Source of the DNA: the human T2T-CHM13v2.0 reference genome, Homo sapiens | Length of the DNA stretch: 64,000 nt | NCBI RefSeq assembly: GCF_009914755.1 | Contig: NC_060935.1 | Direction: 5' to 3' (one strand) | Shown here: piece after piece, positions 39,100 through 54,931 of the stretch | How positions within the stretch are numbered: the first letter of the stretch is position 1 | Layout of the letters: every line of letters begins with the position of its first letter | Translations under genes and position numbers: made by a program | The notes under the pieces: model-generated | The model's database searches: none | Seen by the model: only the letters and a program-made list of their open reading frames with translations | What the model was told of the DNA's origin: nothing

Positions 39100-41233
39100 G
39101 AACATTAATATATAATTCTAATGAAAAAAGCCAATCATTGATGACGGCTAAGCAGAAAGCTAAAAGGCATCATTGAGCCGCTGTACCAGCCCTGGAACTG
39201 GCCGCCTAGATTTCTTTTTAGTAACATAATAAATGTCTTTATATTTAATAATGCTTTTATGTGTCTTTGTATTTCTTTGTTATTGTTACTTGCAGCTCAC
39301 ATTCTCATATTTAGATCCCTTAAAACACCTTGCATAGTTCCTTGAATATTAGGCACTCAATATTGTATGTGTATATATAAAGTAGTAGTTACCACACTGG
39401 AACTGCCTTTTTCTGTTTACTACTCCCTAAAAAGGGATTTATTACTGTTGGAGAGGCAGGAAATCAATAGAAGGAGAAAAACTGTACAGGTAAAAGGACT
39501 GAAATCATATTGCTCACATTTGAAACAAATAATAGCTCTGGCAGGAATTCAAATTCCATCAAATGCAAAGCCCTTCTAACCCACACTGCAGGTTATTATA
39601 ATCATTGCTACTAAAAATAATAATGGGTCAATATACAAAGCATAAAAATGACAAATGCTCAGTAATTCAAGGTGACCAGTTAAATGAGTACAATTAACAC
39701 AAGGTATGTTGAAGTAAGTCTCATTTTTAAAAGACTACAAAAAATAAAGGGGGAGACGAGTCATGTTAAAACCTGTTTTCCAAATACTTTGACCTATAAG
39801 GACATGCCATGGGAGAATAAAGATTATTCAGTCAAAGTGGAGAAGGTGTTAGAACTTAAATGGAATGGTCCTTCCTGTAATTATAGCCAATTAATAGCTA
39901 AGTCAGAAGATATTTTTGCTACGGATTGATCTACAGAATCTATTTTTGATAATTCCATTTTGTTCTGTTCATGTGAATCATGGTCCCCATTATGAATAAT
40001 GTGATTTCTCAAAGCCTTGTAAGTGAGGTGTTACTTCCAGGCTTTGAAATTGCAGTGGGGGAAGAACTTGCTGCTTTTTATGCTAGTCCAGAATGTATAA
40101 AATCTGACACATTGCTGGAGCTCTCCTCTCCCCACACTCTATCCCCCACAAATAATAAAGTCTCCTCTAAGATGTACAAGAGAATGAATCACTCCACCTG
40201 CTACTAAGTGATAATCACTCTCAGAGTAGAAGAGAACAACTGCCTCTACTGCTGTTTATATAAAGAACAGAGCATCTTAGGATAGAAAAGTGAGACCAAC
40301 ACTGTTTGCACTGAAATACCAACAGACTGCACAGCCAAATTGTAACTTGCCAAAGAAGCCAAGAGAAACTATCTTTCTGTGAATATTTCTTCGGCTTTTC
40401 AATTAACACAAAGTAACTAGGACTTTATTTTATATAAAATCAAAAGATATCAAAATAATTATAGAAGTTGTAGCTCAAACTATGAAGTGAGATAATAAGC
40501 CCCAACATCACAGGAAAAATGAAAAAACTACCGGTTTTAGGAAGATAAAGATGTTCTGTCTTCTCTCTCTGAAACCATTCCAAAACGAGAATAAAGAAAT
40601 TAAAATGCAAACTCTGGATTTGACATCTGTAACCCAGAGCCATAATATTTTAAGATGGGGGACAAAGATAGAGCAATGGTAACTGACTAAACAGAACATA
40701 TAAAGTGCTTACTGAAGGATGAATTAACAAGAAGCAAGCCAATCAGCTAAGCGGAACTGCAGAAATTCTGCTCAGGAATGTGAAATACCAGGTACCATAT
40801 AAGGTAGGGGGTAAAACGAGGACAAAAACAAGGGAATTGTATCAAGGACTGTATGAACAGCATTTTAAACCCATCCCTTTCTATGGTGAAACTGAATATA
40901 AGAAGCTCTCAGCAGCGGGGCGCCGTGGCTCACGCCTATAACCCCAGCACTTTGGGAGGTCGAAGCGGGGCGGATAGCCTGAGGTCAGGAGTTCGAGACC
41001 AGCATGGCCAGCATGGTGAAACCCTTACTAAAAATACAAAAATTAGCCGGGCATGGTACCAGGCACCTGTAATCCCAGCTACTTGGGAAGATTGAGGCAG
41101 GAGAATCGCTTGAACCCAGGAAGCGGAGGTTGCAGTGAACCGAGATCGCGCCATTGCACTCCAGCCTGGACAACAGGGTGAGACTCCGTCTCAAAAAAAA
41201 AAAGTTCTAGGCTCAGTTAACCAGGCATAGTAA

Positions 41234-41562
<329 letters not shown>

Positions 41563-41675
41563 TGATCTGCCCACCTCAGCCTCCCAAAGTGCTGGGATTA
41601 CAGGCGTGAGCCACAGGGCCCGGCCCACATTAATTTCTAGACCAGCCTGGGCAACATGATGAAACCTCATCTCTA

Positions 41676-41921
<246 letters not shown>

Positions 41922-42345
41922 TCACTTTTCATACCAACTGTCTTCCTGGCTTTACCTGACACGCTGTTATTGCTGTTGTCCAGATCGGAGATTATCAAGG
42001 ACAGTGTGCAGTCTTTCCAGAGGAGGCTTGCAAGAACACCTACATCGTAGCTGTAGTCCAATACAGACAACAAAGATTACAATAGGGTTGACATGTGCCC
42101 TTTATATATATACTCCACTATCTTTTGATGAGGGAAAAAAACAAACAAAAAAAAAAAAAAAACAAAAAAATAAAGAAAAAAACCCCACAGTTTATTTGCT
42201 ATGTGATCCATTTACTAACATTATCATTTCAGAACCTTTCAGCTGGAAGAAACAGAAAACTCAACTCTAAATAATTTAAATGGGCGGGCTCTGTGGCTCA
42301 CATCTGTAATCCCAGCACTTTGGTGCGGCCAAGGCAGGAGGATCA

Positions 42346-42582
<237 letters not shown>

Positions 42583-42871
42583 TCAACAATAGGGCAAATC
42601 ACATAAAGAAGTCCTGGCCGGTGCAGTGGCTCACGCCTGTAATCCCAGCACTTTGGGAGGCCGGGATGGGAGGATCACGAGGTTAGGAGTTCAAGACCAG
42701 CCTGGCCAATATGGCAAAACCCCCGTCACTACTAAAAATACAAAAATTAGCCGGCCGGGCGTGGTGGAGCACGCCTGTAATCCCAGCACTTTGGGAGGCC
42801 GAGGCGGGCGGATCACGAGGTGAGGAGATCGAGACCATCCTGGCTAACATGGTGAAACCCCGTCTCTACTA

Positions 42872-43316
<445 letters not shown>

Positions 43317-43499
43317 CTACCCAGCAATGTCTACAAGAACCAGGTTGTTCTGTCTTTCTGCTCTGCCTTTCTCAGTGTATTGACTTTGCTCTTAGATGCT
43401 AGCTTCCCCAATAATCACAAGATTGCTGCTATAGTTCAAGCTGACACATCTATATCCTATAAAGTCCAAGGAAAGGAGATGCCATCTATGTATCTCTGT

Positions 43500-43530
<31 letters not shown>

Positions 43531-43726
43531 CATTTCCCAGAATCCCCCAGCAAACTCCCCATTACATCTCACTGGCCAGAATTGCTTCATATCCCCATCC
43601 TAAATCTGTCACTGCAAGAGAAATGGGATTACTAAGACTGGGATAGATAGATCTATGGCTGTGTGGAGAAAGATAGATTTTTGCATTAAAATTGTAATTT
43701 TGTTATGAGGAAAAGATGAAATATAA

Positions 43727-44218
<492 letters not shown>

Positions 44219-44257
44219 TGAGGTTACATCATTCTACTGGTGAGGCAAACATGTTAA

Positions 44258-44491
<234 letters not shown>

Positions 44492-44546
44492 TGACCTCAT
44501 GATTCACCCGCCTCAGCCTCCCAAAGTGTTGGGATTACAGGCGTGA

Positions 44547-44693
<147 letters not shown>

Positions 44694-44733
44694 TAAAAAA
44701 AAAACTAAATATAAGTAAGAATAAAGTAAGTAA

Positions 44734-45048
<315 letters not shown>

Positions 45049-45213
45049 TGATCCAGGCCCAGGTACTTTATAATTTTATTTAACTTATTAGATCTGCTAA
45101 GAAGAGTATATTATGGTCTACAGACCACAGAGATCATGCATATATTTCATATATCATCCACCACTTTGAAAACTAAGATATGGGTAAATCTTTTTTTTTT
45201 TTTTTCTTGTTGA

Positions 45214-45366
<153 letters not shown>

Positions 45367-45867
45367 TAATTTTTAGTAGAGACAGGGTTTCACCATGTTG
45401 GTCAGGCTGGTCTCGAATTCTGGACCTCAGGTGATCTGGCCATCTCAGCCTCCCAAAGTGCTGGGATTACAGGCGTGAGCCACCGCGCCCGGCCAGATAT
45501 GGGTAAATCTTAATTATCTCCTCCAGAAGAATATGAATTTGGTGAGTTTTCTATTTGCATTTTATTATGGCCAAAGCCCAAGAAATGACCAACTGTTAAT
45601 GATAAGTATTTTCACTACTGTATCATATCAATCTGGAGCTCAGGGGCTATGTCTGAGCTGTAGATAGAGATTTTGGAGTCATCAGCTTATATGTGGCAGC
45701 TGTAGTAATGAGAATGGATGTATCACCTAAGTAGAGTGTAGCCTGAGAAGGCCAGGATAGAATCCTATGGAACAGCAATATTTAAAGTCAGACAGAAAAA
45801 GTATGGCCGAGCGGGGTGGTTCACGCCTGTAATCCCAGCATTTTGGGAGGCTGAAGCGGGCAGATTA

Positions 45868-46191
<324 letters not shown>

Positions 46192-46332
46192 TCAAAAGGA
46201 AAGCCTCAGTCAGCAGACTGAAATACGTCAGAGCAGTTAAATAAGTCAAAGACTAAAAAGCATCCTATTATCAAAGGTGAGTGACTGCAAATGGGGCAAA
46301 TCGGGACAAGGAATCTTTTTTTTTTTTTTTGA

Positions 46333-46611
<279 letters not shown>

Positions 46612-46720
46612 TAAGGAATCTTTTTTAGGGTGATAGAAATCTTCTAAAAATTATACTGTGTTGATGATCACACAATTCTGCACATTAACTGAAAATCACT
46701 GAATTGTATGCTGAAAATGA

Positions 46721-46999
<279 letters not shown>

Positions 47000-47074
47000 T
47001 GATCTGCCTGCCTAAGCCTCCCAAAGTGCTGGGATTACAGGCGTGAGCCACCAAGCCTGGCTCTTTTTTTTTGA

Positions 47075-47275
<201 letters not shown>

Positions 47276-47511
47276 TGAACTCCTGTACTCAAGCAATCCT
47301 CCTGCCTCAGCCTCCCAGAGTGCTAGGATTACAGGAGTAAGCCACCGCACCTGGCCAAAACAGTATTTTCAAGAGGGTTACTGGTGGCCTGGGTCTGAGA
47401 AGTTTCAATGAAGTAATGAGAAAAAACACCAGATTTGGATTTAGAAGTAAATTCAAAATGAAGAAATGGAGGCAAGAAGTGAAGACTCTTTCATTTAAGA
47501 AATGTGGTTCT

Positions 47512-49085
47512 CCCCTCCCCCTCCCCCTCTCCCTCTCCCCATGGTCTCCCTCTCCCTCTCCCTCTCCCCATGGTCTCCCTCTCCCTCTCTTTCCACGGTC
47601 TCCCTCTGATGCCCAGCCGAAGCTGGACTGTACTGCCGCCATCTCTGCTCACTGCAACCTCCCTGCCTGATTCTCCTGCCTCAGCCTGCCCAGTGCCTGC
47701 AATTGCAGGTGCGTGCCGCCACGCCTGACTGGTTTTCATGTATTTTTGGTGGAGACGGGGTTTCGCTGTCTTGGCCGGGCTGGTCTCTAGCTCCTAACCA
47801 CGAGTGATCTGCCAGCCTCGGCCTCCCGAGGTGCCGGGATTGCAGATGGAGTCTCGTTCACTCAGTGCTCAGTGTTGCCCAGGCTGGAGTGCAGTGGCCT
47901 GATCTCGGCTCGCTACAACCTCCACCTCCCAGCCGCCTGCCTTGGCCTCCCAAAGTGCCGAGATTGCAGCCTCTGCCCGGCCGCCACCCCATCTGGGAAG
48001 TGAGGAGCGTCTCTGCCTGGCCGCCCATCGTCTGGGATGTGAGGAGCCCCTCTGCCCGGCTGCCCAGTCTGGGAAGTAAGGAGCGCCTCTTCCCGGCCGC
48101 CATCCTGTCTAGGAAGTGAGAAGCATCTCTGCCTGGCCGCCCATCGTCTGAGATGTGGGGAGCGCCTGTGCCCCGCCACCCCATCTGGAATGTGAGGAGC
48201 GCCTCTGCCCGGCCGCGACCCCGTCTGGGAGGTGAGGAGCGTCTCTGCCCCGCCGCCCCGTCTGAGAAGTGAGGAGCCCCTCTGCCCGGCAGCTGCCCCG
48301 TCTGAGAAGTGAGGAGCCCCTCCGCCCGGCAGCCGCCCCATCTGAGAAGTGAGGAGCGTCTCCGCCCGGCAGCCGCCCCGTCTGGGAGGGAGGTGGGGGG
48401 CAGCCCCCGCCCGGCCAGCTGCCCCGTCAGGGAGGGAGGTGGGGGGCAGCCCCCGCCCGGCCAGCTGCCCCGTCAGGGAGGGAGGTGGGGGGCAGCCCCT
48501 GCCCGGCCAGCCGCCCCGTCCGGGAGGTGGGGGGTGCCTCTGCCCAGCTGCCACCCCGTCTGGGAGGTGTACCCAACAGCTCATTGAGAACGGGCCATGA
48601 TGACGATGGCGGTTTTGTCGAATAGAAAAGGGGGAAATGTGGGGAAAAGATAGAGAAATCAGATTGTTGCTGTGTCTGTATAGAAAGAAGTAGACATAGG
48701 AGACTCCATTTTGTTCTGTACTAAGAGAAATTCTTCTGCCTTGGGATGCTGTTGATCTATGACCTTACCCCCAACCCTGTGCTCTCTGAAACATGTGCTG
48801 TGTCCACTCAGGGTTAAATGGATTAAGGGCGGTGCAAGATGTGCTTTGTTAAACAGATGCTTGAAGGCAACATGCTCGTTAAGAGTCATCACCACTCCCC
48901 AATCTCAAGTAGCCAGGGACACAAACACTGCGGAAGGCCCCAGGGTCCTCTGCCTAGGAAAACCAGAGAACTTTGTTCACTTGTTTATCTGCTGACCTTC
49001 CCTCCACTATTGTCCTATGACCCTGCCAAATCCCCCTCTGCGAGAAACACCCAAGAATGATCAATTAAAAAAAAAAAAAGAAAGA
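47512..49085 (+). mobile_element. Full-length SVA retrotransposon (probably SVA_C-like)
   Basis: (CCCTCT)n head, antisense Alu-like domain, GC-rich VNTR (~47960-48570), SINE-R and poly(A). 15-bp TSD AAGAAATGTGGTTCT at 47497-47511 and 49086-49100. Subfamily is tentative. Confidence 0.95.
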
Positions 49086-50188
49086 AAGAAATGTGGTTCT
49101 AAGGAAAGGAAATAAAAAACATAGTACCTAAAGAGACCCACAAGGTCAAGAAGGGGAGGAAGGTGGTAAGTTTAGTTTTAGATATATTCTGTTTGAGGTA
49201 AGACTCTATATAGCTAGTAGACAATTATTCCCTTTTGTTTGAGAAGTAGGAATTGTGGCAGATTGCTTAGTACAAAAGTTCCACAACAGGTGGGCATTGG
49301 AGTGAAGCTGGAAAGAGAGCAGCACAGCAGATAAAGGGCCCCAGTTGGTCTCTAGGCAAATTCCATTTCCAGAATTACTGAGCTCAGAGAATATCCATAG
49401 GACTTCATCTCTGTCAGCTTCTAGGCATATCAACATCAACTTCTTCCTCAGTACATATAGTGAAGAATCTCTCTCTACTCTCCCATTCTCCCCAGTTCCG
49501 GTTCTTCATTATCTGGAAGTTTTTCCTAGTGTTTAACACAAATCTCTCTTTAAAATTGAGTCTTTTAAAACTTCTCATTTAAGAAAAGATGCTGTGGCTG
49601 GGAGTGGTGGTTCATGCTTGTAATCTTAGCACTTTGGGAGGCCGAGGTGAGAGGATCTCTTGAGCCCAGGAGTTTAAGACCAACCTCTGTTGCATGGCAA
49701 GACCTCATCTCTATTTTAAAATAATAATAATAAAATGTATTTTAAAAAAAGAAAAAATGTTGTGTGCTGTCATGCTTTCTATTTCTAGTATTTATAAGAT
49801 TGCCAGACATCCTCTCTTTTTTTTTTTTTTTTTTAATGAGATGGAGTCTCGCTTTGTTGTCCAGGCTGGAGTGCAGTGGCTCAATCAAGCTCAGTTCACT
49901 GCAACCTCTGCCTCCAAGGTTCAAGCGATTTTCCTGCCTCAGCCTCCAGAGTAGCTGGAATTACAGACATGCACCACCATGCCCAGCTAATTTTTGTATT
50001 TTTGGTAGAGACGGGGTTTCACCATGTTAGACAGGCTGGTCTCAAACTCCTGACCTAAGGTGATCCTCCTGCCTCGGCCTCCCAAAATGTTGGGATTACA
50101 GGTGTGATCCACGGCTCCCAGCAGCAAACTACTATTGATTAATATTAAGCATAAAGCAAACTCGAAATAATGAAAAAAAAAGTATTTA

Positions 50189-50398
<210 letters not shown>

Positions 50399-50618
50399 TC
50401 ATGAGGTCAGGAGTTCGAGACCAGCCTGACCAACGTGGTGAAACCCCGTCTCTTCTGAAAACACAAAAATTAGCTGGGCGTGGCGGCGCATGGCTGTAAT
50501 CCTAGCTACTCAGGAGGCTAAGCCAAGAGAATCACTTGAACCCAGGAGGCGGAGATTGCAGTGATCTGAGATCGCGCCACTGCACTCCAGCCTGGGCGAC
50601 AGAGCAAGACTCCATCTC

Positions 50619-50620
50619 AA

Positions 50621-50675
<55 letters not shown>

Positions 50676-50676
50676 A
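50619..50676. repeat. (AAAT)n microsatellite in an Alu tail
   Basis: About 14 units. Confidence 0.95.
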
Positions 50677-50774
50677 AATGGGCCGGTCGCAGTGGCTCAC
50701 GCCTGTAATCCCAGCACTTTGGGAGGCCGAGGCGGGCGGATCACGAGGTCAGGAGACGGAGACCATCCTGGCTA

Positions 50775-50957
<183 letters not shown>

Positions 50958-50990
50958 TCAAAAATAATAATAATAAATAAATAAAACTGA

Positions 50991-51396
<406 letters not shown>

Positions 51397-51599
51397 TGAT
51401 TTGTCTGCCTCGGCCTCTCAAAGTGCTGGGATTACAAGCGTGAGCCACTGCGCCCGGTGTTTTTGTATTTTTAGTAGAGACAGGGTTTCACCATGTTGGC
51501 CAGGATGGTTTCAATCTCTTGACCTTGTGATCTGCCTGCCTCGGCATCCCAAAGTGCTGGGATTACAGGCGTGAGCCACCACGCCAGCCACAACATCTT

Positions 51600-52170
51600 T
51601 AATCATCAAGGAAATGCAAACCAAAACCACAAATATACCATTTCAAACTACTAAAATGGCTTAAAAAATGTTTTGGGACCTTCAAATACTTGTACAAAAT
51701 GTTCGTAGCAGCTTTGTTCACAATAGCCAACAGGTAGAAACAACCCAAGTGTCTGTTAACAGATGAACGGATAAACAAATTGTGGTATATTCATACAAGG
51801 GAATACTATTCAACTCTAAAGCAAAATAAAGTATTAATACATGGTACAACATAGATGAACCTTGAAAACATTATGCTAAGTGAAACTATGCAGACAGAAA
51901 ACCTCGACTATTGTGTGATTCCACTTATGTGAAATATAGCAAATTCATAGAAACAGAAAGGGTCCTGGAGATTAACAGGAGCTAGTAGGAGAGGTTAATG
52001 GGGAGTTATTGCTTACTGGGCAATGGATTCTGCTTGGGGTAATGAAAAATTTTGGAAATAGATAATGACGATGATTGCACGACACTGTGAATGTAATTAA
52101 TGCCACTGAATTATACACATATTGTTAAAATGGAAATTTTTCTCATATATATTTGACTACAATTTTTAAA
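51600..52170 (+). mobile_element. L1MB-like 3' end
   Basis: AAACAACCCAAGTGTC, GATGAACCTTGAAAACATTATGCTAAGTGAAA, GCCACTGAATTATACAC. Confidence 0.8.
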
Positions 52171-52199
52171 AAACGAGCTGACTATAGAGTGACTTTAAG

Positions 52200-52325
52200 T
52201 AGAGTGACTATAAACTCCAGAACAGTCCACATTTATGACTGTTGTGTGGATTGTAATTATTGATAGTATACCCCTAGACTCTCAAAGCTATCCCAGTTTG
52301 AACAATAAATTATATAGCCACCCAA
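52200..52325. mobile_element. MER81-like (hAT-Blackjack) MITE
   Basis: Degenerate TIRs TAGAGTGACTATA ... TATAGCCACCCAA; internal CTCTCAAAG...CCAGTTTGAACAATAAATTATAT. Confidence 0.6.
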
Positions 52326-52379
52326 TCTCTAAGATCTCATTTTGAATGATTCTGCAATCCTAACATCGGGCATTAGGAC

Positions 52380-53050
52380 CTTACAAAGGTTTTGCGATGA
52401 CATCACCTCTGGAAAACTAGAACCCACAGGCCTCCAGGGAACCGGAGGCTGGGCGGAAGATGTGTGCACTTCACACAAACGCCCAGCTCCCAAGTGAGAA
52501 TCATTTCAGTGGTAAATCATCTCTTTACTTGGGGTTCCAAGAGCCCACGACTAAAGGGAAACACTTGCAGAATGTGTCGGATGGAGTCAGCGACGCCAGA
52601 AACAGAGAATAGCCCCACCCTCCCCTGTCAAGCCACACTCAACATGGCCGCCAGCGTCCATGTGGAGGAGGGAGCGCGCCTCCTCTCGCAGCCCCAGAGG
52701 GGCGGGCCCTGGGAACCGAACGAGCTTCAGCAGACCAATGGGGAGAGGCAAGGGGCGGGGTTGGCCTGGGTCTTCGGCCAGAGGGCGGTGAGGTTGACTT
52801 GAACTGGCGGGTCTTGTTGTGCCGGGGCTGCCACGTTATTTCCAGCTTTTGAGGTGGATTTTGCCCGCTGGTGTGCCACCGTCAGCGCTTCCGGGTTGAA
52901 CTCCAGCTGAGCTGAGCTGATCAGATCCCACCCTACCCAGTACTTGTCCCTCCTCTTCCAAGCCAGCCCTAATCAAAGCCTTGTTGGCCCCTCCCTCTCA
53001 TTTGAGATGACTCATCTCTGTATCCCAACGACGCGGCACCAGGTGTGGCC
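52380..53050. promoter_or_regulatory. Intergenic CpG-enriched promoter/enhancer-like element
   Basis: Non-repeat GC/CpG-rich patch with YY1 (CAACATGGCCGCC 52640-52652), GC boxes (52699-52706, 52752-52760), CCAAT (52735-52739), CTCF-like (52775-52788) and ETS CTTCCGG (52888-52894) motifs. Confidence 0.7.
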
Positions 53051-53489
53051 TGACACGTTTGAGCTTAAAACCTTTTTTTCTGATTATAAAAATATATGCA
53101 TATTTTAGGAAATTAAGAAAAGTGTAATGGAAACAAAAGTGATTTACTGTCCCATCGGCCAGAAACAATCATAATTAACCTTTGTCATTCTTTTTTTCCC
53201 TCTGTGTGTCTATTTTAACACAATTGGGACAATGCTGTATAACTTATGTATTATCGTTTGCATATTAAGTGTTTTTCTTTGTGATTTTAAATGCATGGAT
53301 AGGATAAAGTATTCCATGGATGAATGACTGTGATTTTTATATTTTTCCGTTGAGCATTTAAACTTTGAGCCTGGGCACAGTGGCTCACACCTGTAATCCC
53401 AGCACTTTGGGAGGCCAAGGCGGGCGGATCACCTGAGGTCAGGAGTTCGAGACCAGCCTGACCAACATGGTGAAACTCCATCTCTACTA

Positions 53490-53744
<255 letters not shown>

Positions 53745-53929
53745 CTATTCCACAGCTTCACCTTCTCTTTGCAAAGTTGTTCCACAAGAATTACAAGATT
53801 GTAGAGTCTTTCAACATTTTAGGATCTTAGGGTTCTAAAGTAGTACAATTGAGAAACTCAGAATCATAACATCTTGGGTGAGTAAGGACCCCAGAAAAAA
53901 CAAGTCCAAGCCTCTACCAAATAGTTTCA

Positions 53930-54127
<198 letters not shown>

Positions 54128-54129
54128 TC

Positions 54130-54206
54130 AGAAAGAGAGGAGAGAGGAGAGAGAGAGGAGAGAAAGGAGAGAGAGAGAAGAGAGAGAGAGAGGAGAGAGA
54201 GAGAGA
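54130..54206. repeat. (GA)n/(GGAGA)n purine repeat
   Basis: Seen directly at an Alu 3' end. Confidence 0.9.
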
Positions 54207-54810
54207 AAAAAAATTGTAGGAGGAGGTGTGGCAAAAGCCAAATGGTATATTAATTTCCATAGGCCTATATGGCAGAGCATATAGAATAGTCCTTCTTAAG
54301 GCCAGAAGAGTTTTTTATTCCAAAACAGCATTATCAACTCAGAGTGACTTGTTTTAAATGAAGAATTGAGTTATTTTGGTGGTAAGGAGCAGGTTACCTC
54401 AAGTGGTTTAGGGTAAAAGTTTGTTGCGCATTTCATCATAAAAATAGGCATGTTGGAGAGCCCTGAGATGCTAAGCAGCCCAGTTTCAGGAAGAGTTGGG
54501 ATTCAAAAAGAGGGGGCTTCGGATTCAAGAAAGGGGTAGGGACCACAACAAAGTTGGAAGGTCTGGTTTCCTTGCAGCCAGACTTAATGGATAATGTATT
54601 CATTTGAACCGAGTCTCAGTTTCATCATCTGTAAAATGGAAATAACCATGTAATTGTTCTCTAACTAGACCGTTAACAATGTACGGCAGAACAATGAAAT
54701 CTAAGACCATTATAGGACCCGTGACCGGCTGGGTGGTGTTGATTTTTGCTGTTGTTGTTTTTACTTTTCTGTATTTTCCAAATGTTTTATAGTTAATTAT
54801 GCCTCCCTAC

Positions 54811-54931
54811 TTTTTTTTTTCCTTTTAATTACATTTATTTTAATGCTGAATTTACTCCCGTGCCATAAGTTTTGGCCCCCACGCTGCACCGGCGTCATCC
54901 GCCATTTGGTGTTTTCTCAGAAAAGAAGCAA
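54811..54931 (-). pseudogene. Chimeric processed pseudogene: RPS2 mRNA 5' end (54928-54874) + RPL17 mRNA 3' end (54873-54821) + poly(A)
   Basis: Minus strand reads CTTCTTTTCTGAGAAAACACCAAATGGCGGATGACGCCGGTGCAGCG (RPS2 TOP/5'UTR, MADDAGAA), then AAACTTATGGCACGGGAGTAAATTCAGCATTAAAATAAATGTAATTAAAAGG (RPL17 KLMARE*, 3'UTR, AATAAA), then an A tail. Flanked by direct repeat CCTCCCTACTTTTTT at 54802-54816 and 54932-54946. Confidence 0.88.

Noticed and set aside
39684-40207. Two short ORFs in non-Alu intergenic DNA
   Set aside because: No recognisable homology, splice structure, poly(A) or TSD; lengths are expected by chance.
47960-48570. Regularly spaced repeats resembling a CRISPR-like array
   Set aside because: This is the SVA VNTR: tandem units without unique spacers, in a eukaryotic context.
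47307-49060. ORFs up to 223 aa
   Set aside because: SVA hexamer, VNTR and SINE-R translations; SVA is non-coding.
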